A stretch of DNA of 64,000 nucleotides from an uncultured bacterium (GCA_963729625.1 CAVSOU010000017.1:160001-224000), one strand, 5' to 3'. Positions 1-9,980 are shown, counted from the stretch's first letter. Notes: a model not told the origin generated them from the letters alone. Program-made: numbers and translations.

Positions 1-1717
1 CGACCACGACCAGAATCTGGTCGGCGGCCAGGATCGTGGAAAGACGGTGGGCCACGGCGAGGGTAGTGCGGCCGGCCATGAGTGGCTGCAGAGCTCGTTG
101 TATGAAACGCTCGGAGTGCGTGTCGAGAGAGCTCGTCGCCTCGTCCAGAATGAGAATTCTGGGGTCTTTCAGGATCACCCTGGCGATGGCCAGCCGTTGC
201 TTCTCGCCGCCGGACATCCGGTAACCTCGCTCGCCAACAATCGTGTCGTATCCATCCGGCAATTCCATGATCCGGTCGTGGATATAGGCAGCTCGGGCGG
301 CGGCGATGACTTGCTCGTCGGAAGCGTCGGGGAGGCCGTACGTCAGGTTCGCGCGCACGCTCGCGTGCAGCAGGTAGGTCTCCTGCGTGACCATGCCGAG
401 ACTGCGACCCAGACTTTCCAGGGTGACGTCGCGCACATCGTGCCCATCGATCTCCAGGCTCCCCGAACCGACGTCGTAGAAGCGTGGAAGCAAGTAGGTG
501 GTAGTCGTCTTGCCGGCGCCGCTCGGCCCCACCAGGGCTACAAGCTGGCCCGGCTGGGCCTCGAAGTCGATATCGACCAAGGCCGGCTGGCCGGTCAGGT
601 ATTCGAAGCCCACATGCCGGTAGCGAATGTGACCTTGTACATCTGTCAGCTCTACCGCGCCGGGCCGATTGGTGATCTCGACCGGCAAATCCAGATACTC
701 GAAGATGCGATCGAAGAGAGCCAGAGCGCCCTGAATGTCGAGGTTCACACTCAACAGAGAGCCAAGTGGCATGAAGAGGCGGCTCTGCAAATTAGTAAAT
801 GCGACGAGGTAGCCCAGGCTCAGCGAGCCGCTGATTACCTGGCGTCCGCCAACGTAATAGATCAACGCCGGCGCGGCGGCGAAGAACGTCTGAATGAGCG
901 CCATGAACCAACGACCGATCATGTTCTGCCGCACCTGCAGCGCCATCAGCGTCTCGTTCTCGTTCGCGAACCGCTGCGTCTCTGCTTGCTGGCGGCCAAA
1001 GCTCTTCACGAGAAGCGCGCCGCTGACGCTGAGCGTCTCCTCCAGAATGGTGGAGATCTTTGCCAGCGAGACCTGCGTCTCCTTGCTCACGCCACGCCTG
1101 GTCTTGCCCATTTTGTACGTCGGGTAGAGGAACAGCGGAACGAGACACAATGACACGACGGTCAGCTTCCAGTTGACTTCCACCATGACGACCAGCGTGC
1201 TGACGACCACGACGATGTTGTTGATCGTCGAGCTGAACGTGCTGGTCACCACGCTCTGGACGCCGTTCACATCGTTATTCAGACGTGAGATAATCTCTCC
1301 CGTCTTGGTGGCGGTGAAGAATCGCAGCGACATGGCTTGCAGATGACCGTAGAGGCGCACCCGGAAATCGCGCATTACGCCCTGACCGATCGCCGTTGTC
1401 AAATACGTCTGCCCGACGCCGATCAGACCGCTGACTACCGGGGTGAAGAACATGATGGCAACGAGCACCGTCAGCTCGTTCACGTTCCGGTGGCCGAGCG
1501 CCTGATCGATGATCAGGGCCATCACCACCGGACTAACCAGGCCGAGGCCGGCGACGACAAGAATTGTCGCCAGGACCACCAGTGAGCGGCCGCCATAGGG
1601 GACAAAGGCCTGCACGACGCGCAGGAAGGTCCCACGTCGCGCGCGGTGGTCGGCCCCCTCGCGGACGCTCCTCATGGCCGCGCCCATGCCCATACCCATG
1701 CCGCCACCATGCATCAT
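1..1717 (-). CDS. ABC exporter, fused permease/ATPase (MdlB/MsbA-like); runs off the left edge
   Basis: Hand translation of the minus strand from ATG 1717 (MMHGGGMGMG...) gives TM segments, Walker A GPSGAGKTT, signature MSGGEKQR, Walker B ILILDEATSSLD and H-loop AHRLST. Absent from the ORF track because its stop is outside the window. Confidence 0.93.
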   Translation of the reverse strand, partial: MMHGGGMGMGMGAAMRSVREGADHRARRGTFLRVVQAFVPYGGRSLVVLATILVVAGLGLVSPVVMALIIDQALGHRNVNELTVLVAIMFFTPVVSGLIGVGQTYLTTAIGQGVMRDFRVRLYGHLQAMSLRFFTATKTGEIISRLNNDVNGVQSVVTSTFSSTINNIVVVVSTLVVMVEVNWKLTVVSLCLVPLFLYPTYKMGKTRRGVSKETQVSLAKISTILEETLSVSGALLVKSFGRQQAETQRFANENETLMALQVRQNMIGRWFMALIQTFFAAAPALIYYVGGRQVISGSLSLGYLVAFTNLQSRLFMPLGSLLSVNLDIQGALALFDRIFEYLDLPVEITNRPGAVELTDVQGHIRYRHVGFEYLTGQPALVDIDFEAQPGQLVALVGPSGAGKTTTTYLLPRFYDVGSGSLEIDGHDVRDVTLESLGRSLGMVTQETYLLHASVRANLTYGLPDASDEQVIAAARAAYIHDRIMELPDGYDTIVGERGYRMSGGEKQRLAIARVILKDPRILILDEATSSLDTHSERFIQRALQPLMAGRTTLAVAHRLSTILAADQILVVV

Positions 1718-1998
1718 GATCGCCACCATCTGTCGGTTGCGTGCTGTATCGGTAACCCCGGCCACGAATTGCCATCGTGGTCACCCGGACCGCTACGTTC
1801 ATCATAGGCGCTTCGTCGCATACGCCGTCGCGCCATGCTGCCGGGCAGTGCATGAAACTCTCGATATGATGTCGAGATAGCGATGCCAGCCATGGGTGTC
1901 GATGATGCCAGGGTAGCCCCGCGCGTCCAGTGCTCTGGTACAATGCCGGGAACCACGCCTCGTCGTTTTACCTTTTCACACGCATATGAGGTGCCGCC

Positions 1999-3276
1999 TT
2001 GCAGCTCAATCACGCATCACCCGAACAGCTTCGCCAATGGGAGCAGGAGCTTGCCGTCCGGTACGCCGGCTTTCGTCAGGCGAAGCTCAACCTGGATCTC
2101 ACTCGCGGCAAACCCTCGGGCAGCCAGCTATCGCTTTCCGATTCGCTCGACGGCCTGCTAGCAGGTGACTACAGGGCCCCGGATGGCACGGACACCCGCA
2201 ATTACGGCGGGCTCGACGGACTACCCGAGCTGAGAGCCCTGTACGCGCAGGTGCTCGGCGTGAAGCCGGACGAGGTTCTGATCGGTGGCAACAGCAGCTT
2301 GACGCTGATGCATCAGGTACTGACCTTTGCTCATTTCCTCGGCCTGCGCAAGCCGGAGGATGCCTGGGCGCCTCAAGGCAAGGTCAAGTTCATCGCCCTC
2401 GTGCCAGGCTACGATCGCCATTTCGCTATCTGCGAGCACCTCGGCATCGCCATGATCCCGGTAGCCATCGGCGCGGCGGGGCCGGATATGGACGAAGTGG
2501 AGCGATTGGTCGCCTCCGATCGGTCCATCAAAGGCATTTGGTGCGTGCCTCGCTTCTCCAATCCTTCGGGAGAAGTCTACGACCCCGCGGTAGTCGAGCG
2601 CATGGCCGCGCTTGGCAAGATTGCCGCGCCCAACTTCCTGATCATGTGGGACAACGCCTACGCGCTCCACGCCCTGGAGGATGATGCGCCCGAACTGGCC
2701 GGTCTGATGGACGCCTGCCGCCGCCAGGGCACGGAGAACAGCGTGATCATGTTTGGATCCACGTCCAAGGTCACCTTCTCCGGAGCCGGCGTAGCTTTCT
2801 CCGGCGCCTCGAAGGAGAACCTGGCGGCGCTCCGCAAGCACCTGAGCATCGTCACCATCGGTGCGGACAAGGTGAATCAGTTGCGGCATCTCAGGCTCAC
2901 ACCGGACCTCGAAGCCCTCAGGGCCCAAATGCGAAGGCATGCTGCTTTGCTCAAGCCCCGCTTCGACATGGTGCTCAGGCATTTGCGCGAGAACCTGGCC
3001 GGCTCCGGCATGGGCGACTGGACAGAGCCGAAGGGCGGCTACTTCATCTCCTTCAATGCGCTGCCCGGTCTTGCCAGGGACGTCGTGAGACTGGCGGCGG
3101 ATGCCGGCGTCAAGCTGACACCCGCGGGCGCCACCTGGCCATATGGCAAGGATCCCGAAGACAGGAACATCCGTATCGCGCCCAGCTTCCCGTCGTTGGA
3201 GGAGATCGACCGCGCCATGCAGGTCTTCGTGGTCTGCGTGCAGCTGGCCAGCGTGCGGCATAAGCTTGCGCGGTAG
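1999..3276 (+). CDS. PLP-dependent class I/II aminotransferase (aspartate aminotransferase-like)
   Basis: LDLTRGKP, RNYGGLDG, PGYDRHF, FSNPSG, WDNAY, STSKVT (PLP lysine), IRIAPS; GAGG upstream of a TTG start. Confidence 0.9.
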   Translation: MQLNHASPEQLRQWEQELAVRYAGFRQAKLNLDLTRGKPSGSQLSLSDSLDGLLAGDYRAPDGTDTRNYGGLDGLPELRALYAQVLGVKPDEVLIGGNSSLTLMHQVLTFAHFLGLRKPEDAWAPQGKVKFIALVPGYDRHFAICEHLGIAMIPVAIGAAGPDMDEVERLVASDRSIKGIWCVPRFSNPSGEVYDPAVVERMAALGKIAAPNFLIMWDNAYALHALEDDAPELAGLMDACRRQGTENSVIMFGSTSKVTFSGAGVAFSGASKENLAALRKHLSIVTIGADKVNQLRHLRLTPDLEALRAQMRRHAALLKPRFDMVLRHLRENLAGSGMGDWTEPKGGYFISFNALPGLARDVVRLAADAGVKLTPAGATWPYGKDPEDRNIRIAPSFPSLEEIDRAMQVFVVCVQLASVRHKLAR

Positions 3277-3304
3277 GCGACGACGAGGGCGCTCGGCAGG
3301 AATT

Positions 3305-3337
3305 CGGCTCCGGCGCGGCCAGCTAGCGCCGGAGCCG
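3305..3337 (+). terminator. GC-rich hairpin, probable terminator
   Basis: Perfect 12-bp stem CGGCTCCGGCGC/GCGCCGGAGCCG with a 9-nt loop, just after the aminotransferase stop; no U-tract. Confidence 0.55.
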
Positions 3338-4279
3338 GGCACGCTACTGTGGCGCGGCATTCGCTTCCGGTAGGAGTGGCGGCGCATCGTTGCCAGCAGG
3401 GCCGATCTCACCTTGCTTCCACTGTGGCCGGGATAGTGGGTATAGGACTCCGGCTCTGTTCGGCACGCGAAACCGGCCCCATCCGAACAGCCATATGCCT
3501 CTGGAATTCTGCTTGCGCCAACCACTGCCCGTAGCATCTCGACCAATTTGGATGTGCGGGCCCACCGCCAGCAGCGTGAAAGCGAGAGCCTCACTGCGAC
3601 AATGGGCCGGCTGGGAGAGCAGACGATGCCACACATGATCACATATGCAGGTGGGATGTATATTCAAGCACTGTTCCATGCATCGTAGTTACGGCCACCA
3701 GCTTCATGCATAGCTATGCGCAGCAGCGAATCGGCCAATCCTGGAGGCCTCGGCGCGCCCGCGCAACCAGCGCCGTCTTGCCAGGGATCCGCGCCGTGCT
3801 ACACTCGGCAGCCGAGCGTACGCCCTTCGGCCGTTACAAGACCATCTATTGCCCAGCCTGGCTCTACCGAGAAAGGCGCAGTCTTCGCTGCTTGAGAAGC
3901 CGCCGATCCGGATTGGGCCGTTGAGGCGGGAACGGAGGACCGAGACGCTGCCATGCCGGCTGGGCCTGCCCGGCTGCCTGCGGAGGAAGTGGCCATGGTT
4001 CCTCACTGTTCGAGGCGTGCCGAGCCGGCAGGCTGCACCCTACGCGCCACCGAGTAGTCCGCCCCAGCGCAAGTAGCCTAACCACGATCAGCCTAATCGT
4101 GCTTAGGTTAATCAGTGCCTGGCAAGACTCCTGACCGTAGCCGCGGCCGAAGGCGTTAAGCTGGTCGCCGTCGAGGATCTCTACGAGACTCGCTGGGCGC
4201 AGCCGATCTCGAGATCCGGCACCGGCAGGCCGTACGCGCCGAGTGAGAAGGAAAGCTCGCCGCCGTGGTGCAGGCACCA

Positions 4280-4699
4280 CTATGAACTGGTTGTCGCTTG
4301 TGCGCGGAGGCGTTCCTCATTCTCCTTGAGCTCCGGCGTGAGCGCATCGCCGAAATCTGCAGCCTCGAACACGGGGCGAATCTCAATCTCGTCACCGTCG
4401 GCAAATGGGGCGCGCTTGATCCATTCGATTGCCTCTTCCCTGGACTTCACCTGCCACAACCAGAAACCGGCTACCAGCTCTTTGGCTTCGGCGAAAGGGC
4501 CATCGATGACGGTCTGTTTCCCGCCGGAGAACCTGACGCGAGCGGCTTTCGATGAAGGATGTAGCCCCTCACCTGCGAGCAGCACGCCTGCTTTGACCAA
4601 TTCTTCGTTGAACTTGCCCATGGCCGTAAGCAGCTTCTCGTCCGGCATGGCGCCCGCCTCGTAGCCTGCGTTGCCCTTGACCAAAACCATGACCTTCAT
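4280..4699 (-). CDS. YciI/DGPF-domain protein
   Basis: MKVMVLVK...FNEELVKAGVLLAGEGLHPSS...VIDGPFAEAKELVAGFW...EIEIRPVFE. Confidence 0.92.
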   Translation of the reverse strand: MKVMVLVKGNAGYEAGAMPDEKLLTAMGKFNEELVKAGVLLAGEGLHPSSKAARVRFSGGKQTVIDGPFAEAKELVAGFWLWQVKSREEAIEWIKRAPFADGDEIEIRPVFEAADFGDALTPELKENEERLRAQATTSS

Positions 4700-4774
4700 T
4701 GCTGAACTCCTCCTGCATGCTGCGCCGGGATCCCAGACTACCTTGACCGGCTGAACCCTCGCTCTACGTAGTAC

Positions 4775-4801
4775 GTCGAACAAGGAACGACGAAATCGAC
4801 A
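4775..4801 (-). promoter_or_regulatory. ECF42-type sigma promoter upstream of the DGPF gene
   Basis: Minus strand TGTCGA-N17-CGAC about 75 bp upstream of the start; matches the TGTCGA / CG(A/T)C motif described for ECF42 targets, which are DGPF genes. Confidence 0.65.
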
Positions 4802-5196
4802 AGCTCAGTATCCTTGTCTGATCTAAACGTAGCTCACCGCAAGCTGTGCCGCTTGGACGACGGCGGCAGACAGGTCCCTCGCGCTCATCAGGCCTCCATC
4901 GAACGCGCAAGTGAGCTGTACCTGCGTACGGCCTGGTAGCCACGATTCGCCGCGATACGGCCTTTTGCACTCTTGACAGCGTGCTTGGTGATGGTCAGAA
5001 TGCGAACCAAAGGACGCAGGAGGATGTCTCCCGTGGTGTTACCGGCTTGTGGCGAGACGAGGCCCTGACGGCCAGGTTGAATGGCTGCCCGCAGCAGCCT
5101 GATGACGTATCAGATGAGAGTTGAGACGGCGCGGAGCCATGCGACGTGCCTGGTGATGAGCCGGCAGGATGTGGCCATGCCGGGGAGAGTGCAACG

Positions 5197-5964
5197 ATGA
5201 CCGATACCCTCCGCACGATCCACCAATTGCGCAGCATTCACGGCGATTTTTCGGAACGAGAGATCTCGACCGACGACTTGACGACGATCCTCAACGCTGC
5301 GGTCAGGGCGGCTACGGCCTCGGCGCGGCAGAGTTACTCCATTATCGTCATCGATGATAAGCTCGTGATGCGCGAGTACCTCTCTTATGTCGGCAGCAAG
5401 GCACTGTTGTTCTGCGTGGACTTCACGCGCATCGCCGACACGGCAGCCCTTCTGGGTCATCCCTATGAAGTACCGGAGATTCTGGGCTTTATCACCGGCA
5501 GTTCAGACACGATCCTTGCCGCCCAAACCGCCGCGATCGCGGCGAAGTCACTCGGCATCGACTCCCTGTTTACCAATAGCGTGCACCGGTTGGATCTGCG
5601 TCAACTCTATGAGCATTTCCAGCTGCCCGAGCGCCACTGCTTCCCACTCATCGCGCTGATCCTGGGCTACCCGCAGTATGAGCCGAGCGATCGGGTCGAG
5701 CGTTTGACGGGCCCCGGCGTGATTCACTTCGACCACTATTCACGTATGACCAGAGAAGAAATGGGCGATCTCATCCAAGCCTTCGACGATCCTGACGAGC
5801 ATCTGGGCATGAGCTCCAATTGGCGCGAGCTGGGGTACGGCCATTACCTGGACTGGTACTACTCTGCCTGGGATGGTTCCGGTTTTCCCACCGACAAGCT
5901 GTCGGAGTTGTACACGGTGCTGGGAGAGGCTGGCTTTGTGCGGAAAGCAATGGCTAGCCGGTAG
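5197..5964 (+). CDS. Nitroreductase family protein (NfsA/FRP-like)
   Basis: LRSIHGDFS, AATASARQSYSIIV, DTILAAQTAAIAAKSLGIDS, LPERHCFPLIALILGYP. Confidence 0.85.
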   Translation: MTDTLRTIHQLRSIHGDFSEREISTDDLTTILNAAVRAATASARQSYSIIVIDDKLVMREYLSYVGSKALLFCVDFTRIADTAALLGHPYEVPEILGFITGSSDTILAAQTAAIAAKSLGIDSLFTNSVHRLDLRQLYEHFQLPERHCFPLIALILGYPQYEPSDRVERLTGPGVIHFDHYSRMTREEMGDLIQAFDDPDEHLGMSSNWRELGYGHYLDWYYSAWDGSGFPTDKLSELYTVLGEAGFVRKAMASR

Positions 5965-5978
5965 GAGAGATCGCCCCT

Positions 5979-6740
5979 TCATAAAGAACATTTCGATTGC
6001 CGCCGCATGAAACGGAAGAACTCATCGTGCTGCCGCAGTGTGTCCAGCACAAGATCCGCGCCGGTCTCCTGCAGCTGCCGGGAGGAGTAGGCGCCGGTCG
6101 CGACCGCCACCACCTGGATGCCCGCGGCTCTCGCGCACGCCACATCGCGGGGTGAGTCTCCCACGATGAAGAACTGCTCCAGGGCAAAATCCCGTCCGAG
6201 AATCTTTTGAGCTTTCTTCTGGGCGATAGGTACCAGGTCCGCTCGCGAGGAGGCCATGCAGCCAAACGCGCCAAAGGCGAAGAAGTCTTTGAGACCGGCG
6301 CGTTCCATCTTGGTCCAGCCGATGCTCTCCTCGTTTCCCGTGAGCAGCCCGAGGGGCCGGCCCTCGTCGTGAAGCCGTTGCAGCAAGGCCGAGACGCCGT
6401 CGAGCACGATATACTCGGCCTCGTCGCGGTGCGCAGCGAAGTACTCCGACATCGCGGCCATCGCGGCGTCTATTCCAGCACGCGCTTGCTGCTCGGTGCC
6501 GCCGTTGAGCACGACCATCTCGGCAATGATCTGGGTGTCGATCATCCCGTGCATGGATATGCCCGCCACCAGCGGATCCACGATGCCGTAGACACATCGC
6601 AGCGCGTGGAAAAAGGCGCGTCGGTGCACGATGTTGCCGCCTGCGAGCAAGGTACTGTCGATGTCGAACAAGGGGATAGCGATCGCATGGATGCCGGTAT
6701 CGCCAGGCGTCTCCCCAAGTATCACAGTTGTACCCTTCAT
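5979..6740 (-). CDS. HAD-superfamily hydrolase (phosphatase-like)
   Basis: Motif I FDIDSTL, LLTGN, FGAFG, motif IV VGDSPRDV; start uncertain. Confidence 0.85.
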   Translation of the reverse strand: MKGTTVILGETPGDTGIHAIAIPLFDIDSTLLAGGNIVHRRAFFHALRCVYGIVDPLVAGISMHGMIDTQIIAEMVVLNGGTEQQARAGIDAAMAAMSEYFAAHRDEAEYIVLDGVSALLQRLHDEGRPLGLLTGNEESIGWTKMERAGLKDFFAFGAFGCMASSRADLVPIAQKKAQKILGRDFALEQFFIVGDSPRDVACARAAGIQVVAVATGAYSSRQLQETGADLVLDTLRQHDEFFRFMRRQSKCSL

Positions 6741-6859
6741 GTTTGCCGATCGTGAGAGGTGAATGCCCCCCACCGTGAAACCCTCGTACCCGCATGGTGT
6801 ACTGCAGAGCCCTCGTCCGCGCATACGACGGTAGTATGGTCCATGCCAGCACCGACCAG

Positions 6860-7940
6860 CGTCATCGCCGTGTCGATCGCCAATGGCCTATCGAGGGCCT
6901 TTGCCAACCGGCCAATGGCAAGGTAGTCAGGCCGAAAGGCATGGCCCCACAGACTGAGGCAGTGCGCCTCGTCAACCACCAGCAGCGCGACGCCGACGCA
7001 CCGCAAAGCGTGTAGCAACCTGGCGTGACGTAGCCGCTCTGGGGCCACATACTCCAGATTGTACGCGCCGTCCGCCATCCGGCAAAGCCGGTTCTTGAGT
7101 TCCTCAGCTGGCAGTGTGCTGTTGATCACGCAGGCCCTGCTCGGCGAGGGCCGGAACATCGGCCAGCCCCACTATCTGATCGGCCATCAGCGCGACAAGC
7201 GGCGAGACGACGAGTACGACGCCTGGGAGCACCAATGCCGGTAGCTGGAAGCAGAGGGACTTTCCCGCGCCTGTTGGCAACATGGCCAGCGTGTCTTTGG
7301 CATCGCTCAGAACCGACCTGAGCACCGCGGCTTGACCGGGCTTGAACGAGCCGTGGCCATAGTGCTCAAACAGGATGCTTGCCAGGTCATCACGCGGAAC
7401 CTCGTCCGCCTCGACGGTCATCTGAGCGAGGCGGTCCGCCCCGGGTGGCGCGCTATGGCCGGACGCAACCAAGCGTGGAGCCGAGCTAGCCTGAGTGCGG
7501 CTCCACGCGGACCGACGAGGCGCTGCACGTGTCTCAGCCAGCTTCGCACGCAGGTGTTCGGCCAGCACCCTGAGCGCGTCGCGGGACGCGGCTTCCGTCG
7601 ACTCGCGGTCTTCGGGACACAGCTCTAGCAGTCTGCGAAGTAGTGCCGGCTTGGCGTCAGTACCGCAGATCTGGATGGTGCCACGCAGCACACCGGCGGC
7701 ACCGGCAACATCACCCGCCTGGTCCGGGACGTCAGCGAGGCCGCGCAGCGCCTCAATGTGATCCGGGCGCATTGCCAGCGCTTCGCGGAATTCTTGCTCC
7801 GCTTCGTCCAGGGGCTTGCGTGCGAGCGCGATGAGACCACGCGCGGCGGCCGGGGCAACCGATCACGGCCCCGCGACGGACTCGATGCCGCACGCTGTCT
7901 CAGCCGCCGTGTCCAGATTGCCAGCGGCAAGATGGTCATG
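6860..7940 (-). pseudogene. Degraded TPR-RecQ-family helicase
   Basis: TPR-like helices (EAEQEFREALAMRPDHIEALRGLA) with an in-frame TGA near 7860. RecQ motifs follow: FKPGQ, LPTGAGKSLCFQLPA, VVSPLVALMADQ. After a frameshift near 7135 come YVAPERL and VVDEAHCLSLWGHAFRPDY; the gene stops before motif III and HelicC. Confidence 0.85.
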
Positions 7941-8005
7941 CAGCAGTATCATGCGCGGCAAGTAACTATCCCGCGCTTGCCGGCGCAGCTCGGCGCACGC
8001 CAGAG

Positions 8006-8243
8006 CTATTTGGAGACGAAGTACGGTAAGTCATCCTTCTTGGCAAAGCCAGATAGCTGCCCATCCGGGCTGACGCGAATATCGACCAGACGCTGGATAT
8101 CGTGTTGGCACAGCAGACCGAAAAAGCCTTCGGCGCGCTTCTGAGTAAAGCCGATAGTATATGGACTGTAACGATGCGATCTTCAGCAAGTGTTTGATCG
8201 CTTCAATGAACCAATCGCGCGTCATGACTGCCGCATAATCAAC
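8006..8243 (-). pseudogene. Fragments of two DUF488-family genes fused by deletion
   Basis: 8243-8165 reads VDYAAVMTRDWFIEAIKHLLKIASLQ (DUF488 internal segment). In another frame 8161-8006 reads YTIGFTQKRAEGFFGLLCQHDIQRLVDIRVSPDGQLSGFAKKDDLPYF (DUF488 N-terminus), ending at a premature TAG. Confidence 0.7.
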
Positions 8244-8263
8244 GAACTGTCAACTACTTTACA

Positions 8264-8298
8264 TTGACATCTAGAAGTTTTGTTCTAGAATATTCTAG
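8264..8298 (+). promoter_or_regulatory. Sigma70-type promoter overlapped by palindromes
   Basis: TTGACA (8264-8269)-N16-TAGAAT (8286-8291); perfect palindrome CTAGAATATTCTAG at 8285-8298; three TCTAG copies in an AT-rich patch. Confidence 0.65.
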
Positions 8299-8344
8299 CA
8301 AGGATGTACTACGTAGTGGCAGCGGATGCCAAGGAGTGGGGACC

Positions 8345-8881
8345 ATGCATGAGGATGCGATCATCGCCGAGGTGGCCCACCGGATGGGCGTTTCGGAAGA
8401 ACGACTGCGCGCGAGGGACCGCACTCCGCACGTGGCTGCCGCGAGGCACGCTGCATTCTGGGCTCTCAACCGGGCAGGGCTCAATCCAGCCCAGATCGCT
8501 CGCTATCTTGGTCTCAACCACTCTACCGTCGTCCACGGCTTGGCGCGCGCCGAGCAGCATCCGGAGTGGCGCGCCCTAGTGGCCCCGGCCATTCAACAGG
8601 TGAGCGCTGGCGGGGAGCGGCAGGCGACCAAGGCGCGGCTCATTCACGAGCTGCGCGCGGCGCCGCTATTGGAGCGCCGCGCAATCAGCGACTATGTTAC
8701 CTGCACCATTCTGGGATGGGAACGCCATGCAGGCAGCTCCTGTGCATACGGGCTGTGGCTGCTGCTCCACCGGCCCTGGTACCGGGCCGCCGTGGAAAAC
8801 GCGTTGCGTCATTCCGACCTGGAGCATGAGATCGGGCGCATTGATCTCCATGCTACTCGTCTCGGGTACCGGGCCAGCTGA
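8345..8881 (+). CDS. Stand-alone DnaA domain IV (Bac_DnaA_C-like HTH) protein with an unknown C-terminal domain
   Basis: IIAEVAHRMGVSEERLRARDRTPHVAAARHAAFWAL...IARYLGLNHSTVVHGL aligns by eye with the DnaA domain IV pattern (R..R....ARQ.AMYL...IG..FGGRDHTTV.H); no AAA+ domain; GGAG upstream. Confidence 0.8.
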   Translation: MHEDAIIAEVAHRMGVSEERLRARDRTPHVAAARHAAFWALNRAGLNPAQIARYLGLNHSTVVHGLARAEQHPEWRALVAPAIQQVSAGGERQATKARLIHELRAAPLLERRAISDYVTCTILGWERHAGSSCAYGLWLLLHRPWYRAAVENALRHSDLEHEIGRIDLHATRLGYRAS

Positions 8882-8996
8882 CGTCAGCCTTCTGCCTCTG
8901 CTCGCTGGGCCAGTGAGTCGCGAGATTCTCCTAGACTAGGTAGGGCTGGTTATCGATGGCGCCAATCGATGCCCACTGGCGGTCTCGCGTCGACGA

Positions 8997-9980
8997 TTAC
9001 CACAGGTGATGCACCTGACTGCGGATGTCGCGATCGTAGATTTCCTGCACCGCGCGCATAGTCTCTTCGCTTAGAGGCGGCAGATCCGCCGCGCGCGCGT
9101 TGGATTCTGCCTGCTCCGCCGTCTTGGCTCCGGGGATCGCGCAGGTGACGGCATCGAACATCAGGATCCAGCGTAACGCCAGTTGCGCCAGGGTAGCGCC
9201 GGCCGGCACATTCCGTTTCAGTTCTTCCGCCGCGCGCAGGCCGCTCTCGAAGTCCACGCCGGAGAACGTTTCGCCGCGGTCAAACTGCTCGCCATGTCTG
9301 TTCGTGACACGGTGGTCGTCGGGATCGAAATGCCGATCACGCGTCATCTTGCCGCTGAGCAGACCGCTGGCTAGCGGCACGCGAGCCAGAATGCCCACAT
9401 TGTTCTGCTTTGCCTGCGGGAACACCTGCTCAACAGGCTTCAAGCGGAACATGTTGAAAATGATCTGGATCGTGGCCACGCCGGGATAGCGCATAGCTGC
9501 CACAGCCTCTTCGGTGGTCTCCACGCTCACGCCGTAGTTCTGGATCTTGCCGTCACGCTTGAGATCGTCCAGCGCGGCAAACGTGGCCGCATTGTCGTAG
9601 GTAGCGCGCGGCGGGCAGTGTAGCTGCACGAGGTCCAGCGCCTCGACGTCCAGGTTCCGCAACGACCGCTCAACGAAGGCTGTGAGGTTCTCCTTGTTAT
9701 AGCCCGCGGCTGTATGGGGATCGAGTCGCCTGCCGGCCTTCGTCGCCACGAAGATCTGCTCACCACGTTCCTTCAGCAACTGCCCGACCAGCCGTTCACT
9801 GCGCCCGTCGCCGTAGACGTCGGCCGTATCGACGAAGTTCACGCCCACGTCCACTGCCCGCCGCAGCGCCGCCAGCGACGTCCGGTCGTCGACCTCGCCC
9901 CAAGACCCACCGATCGCCCATGCGCCAAAGCTGATTGTCGAGACCTCGAAGCCTGTTTTCCCCAATGTCCGGTACTGCAT
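8997..9980 (-). CDS. Aldo/keto reductase
   Basis: GVNFVDTADVYGDGRSE, ATKAG, DLVQLH, GVSVE, PLASGLLSGK, AIPGAKT. Confidence 0.95.
   Translation of the reverse strand: MQYRTLGKTGFEVSTISFGAWAIGGSWGEVDDRTSLAALRRAVDVGVNFVDTADVYGDGRSERLVGQLLKERGEQIFVATKAGRRLDPHTAAGYNKENLTAFVERSLRNLDVEALDLVQLHCPPRATYDNAATFAALDDLKRDGKIQNYGVSVETTEEAVAAMRYPGVATIQIIFNMFRLKPVEQVFPQAKQNNVGILARVPLASGLLSGKMTRDRHFDPDDHRVTNRHGEQFDRGETFSGVDFESGLRAAEELKRNVPAGATLAQLALRWILMFDAVTCAIPGAKTAEQAESNARAADLPPLSEETMRAVQEIYDRDIRSQVHHLW

Noticed and set aside
47-1153. 368-aa plus-strand ORF
   Set aside because: Antisense shadow of the minus-strand ABC exporter; long shadow ORFs are expected at this GC content.
1682-1717. (ATGGGC)-like short repeat at the ABC exporter start as a phase-variation tract
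   Set aside because: Imperfect, in frame, and encodes a Met/Gly-rich N-terminus common in this transporter subfamily.
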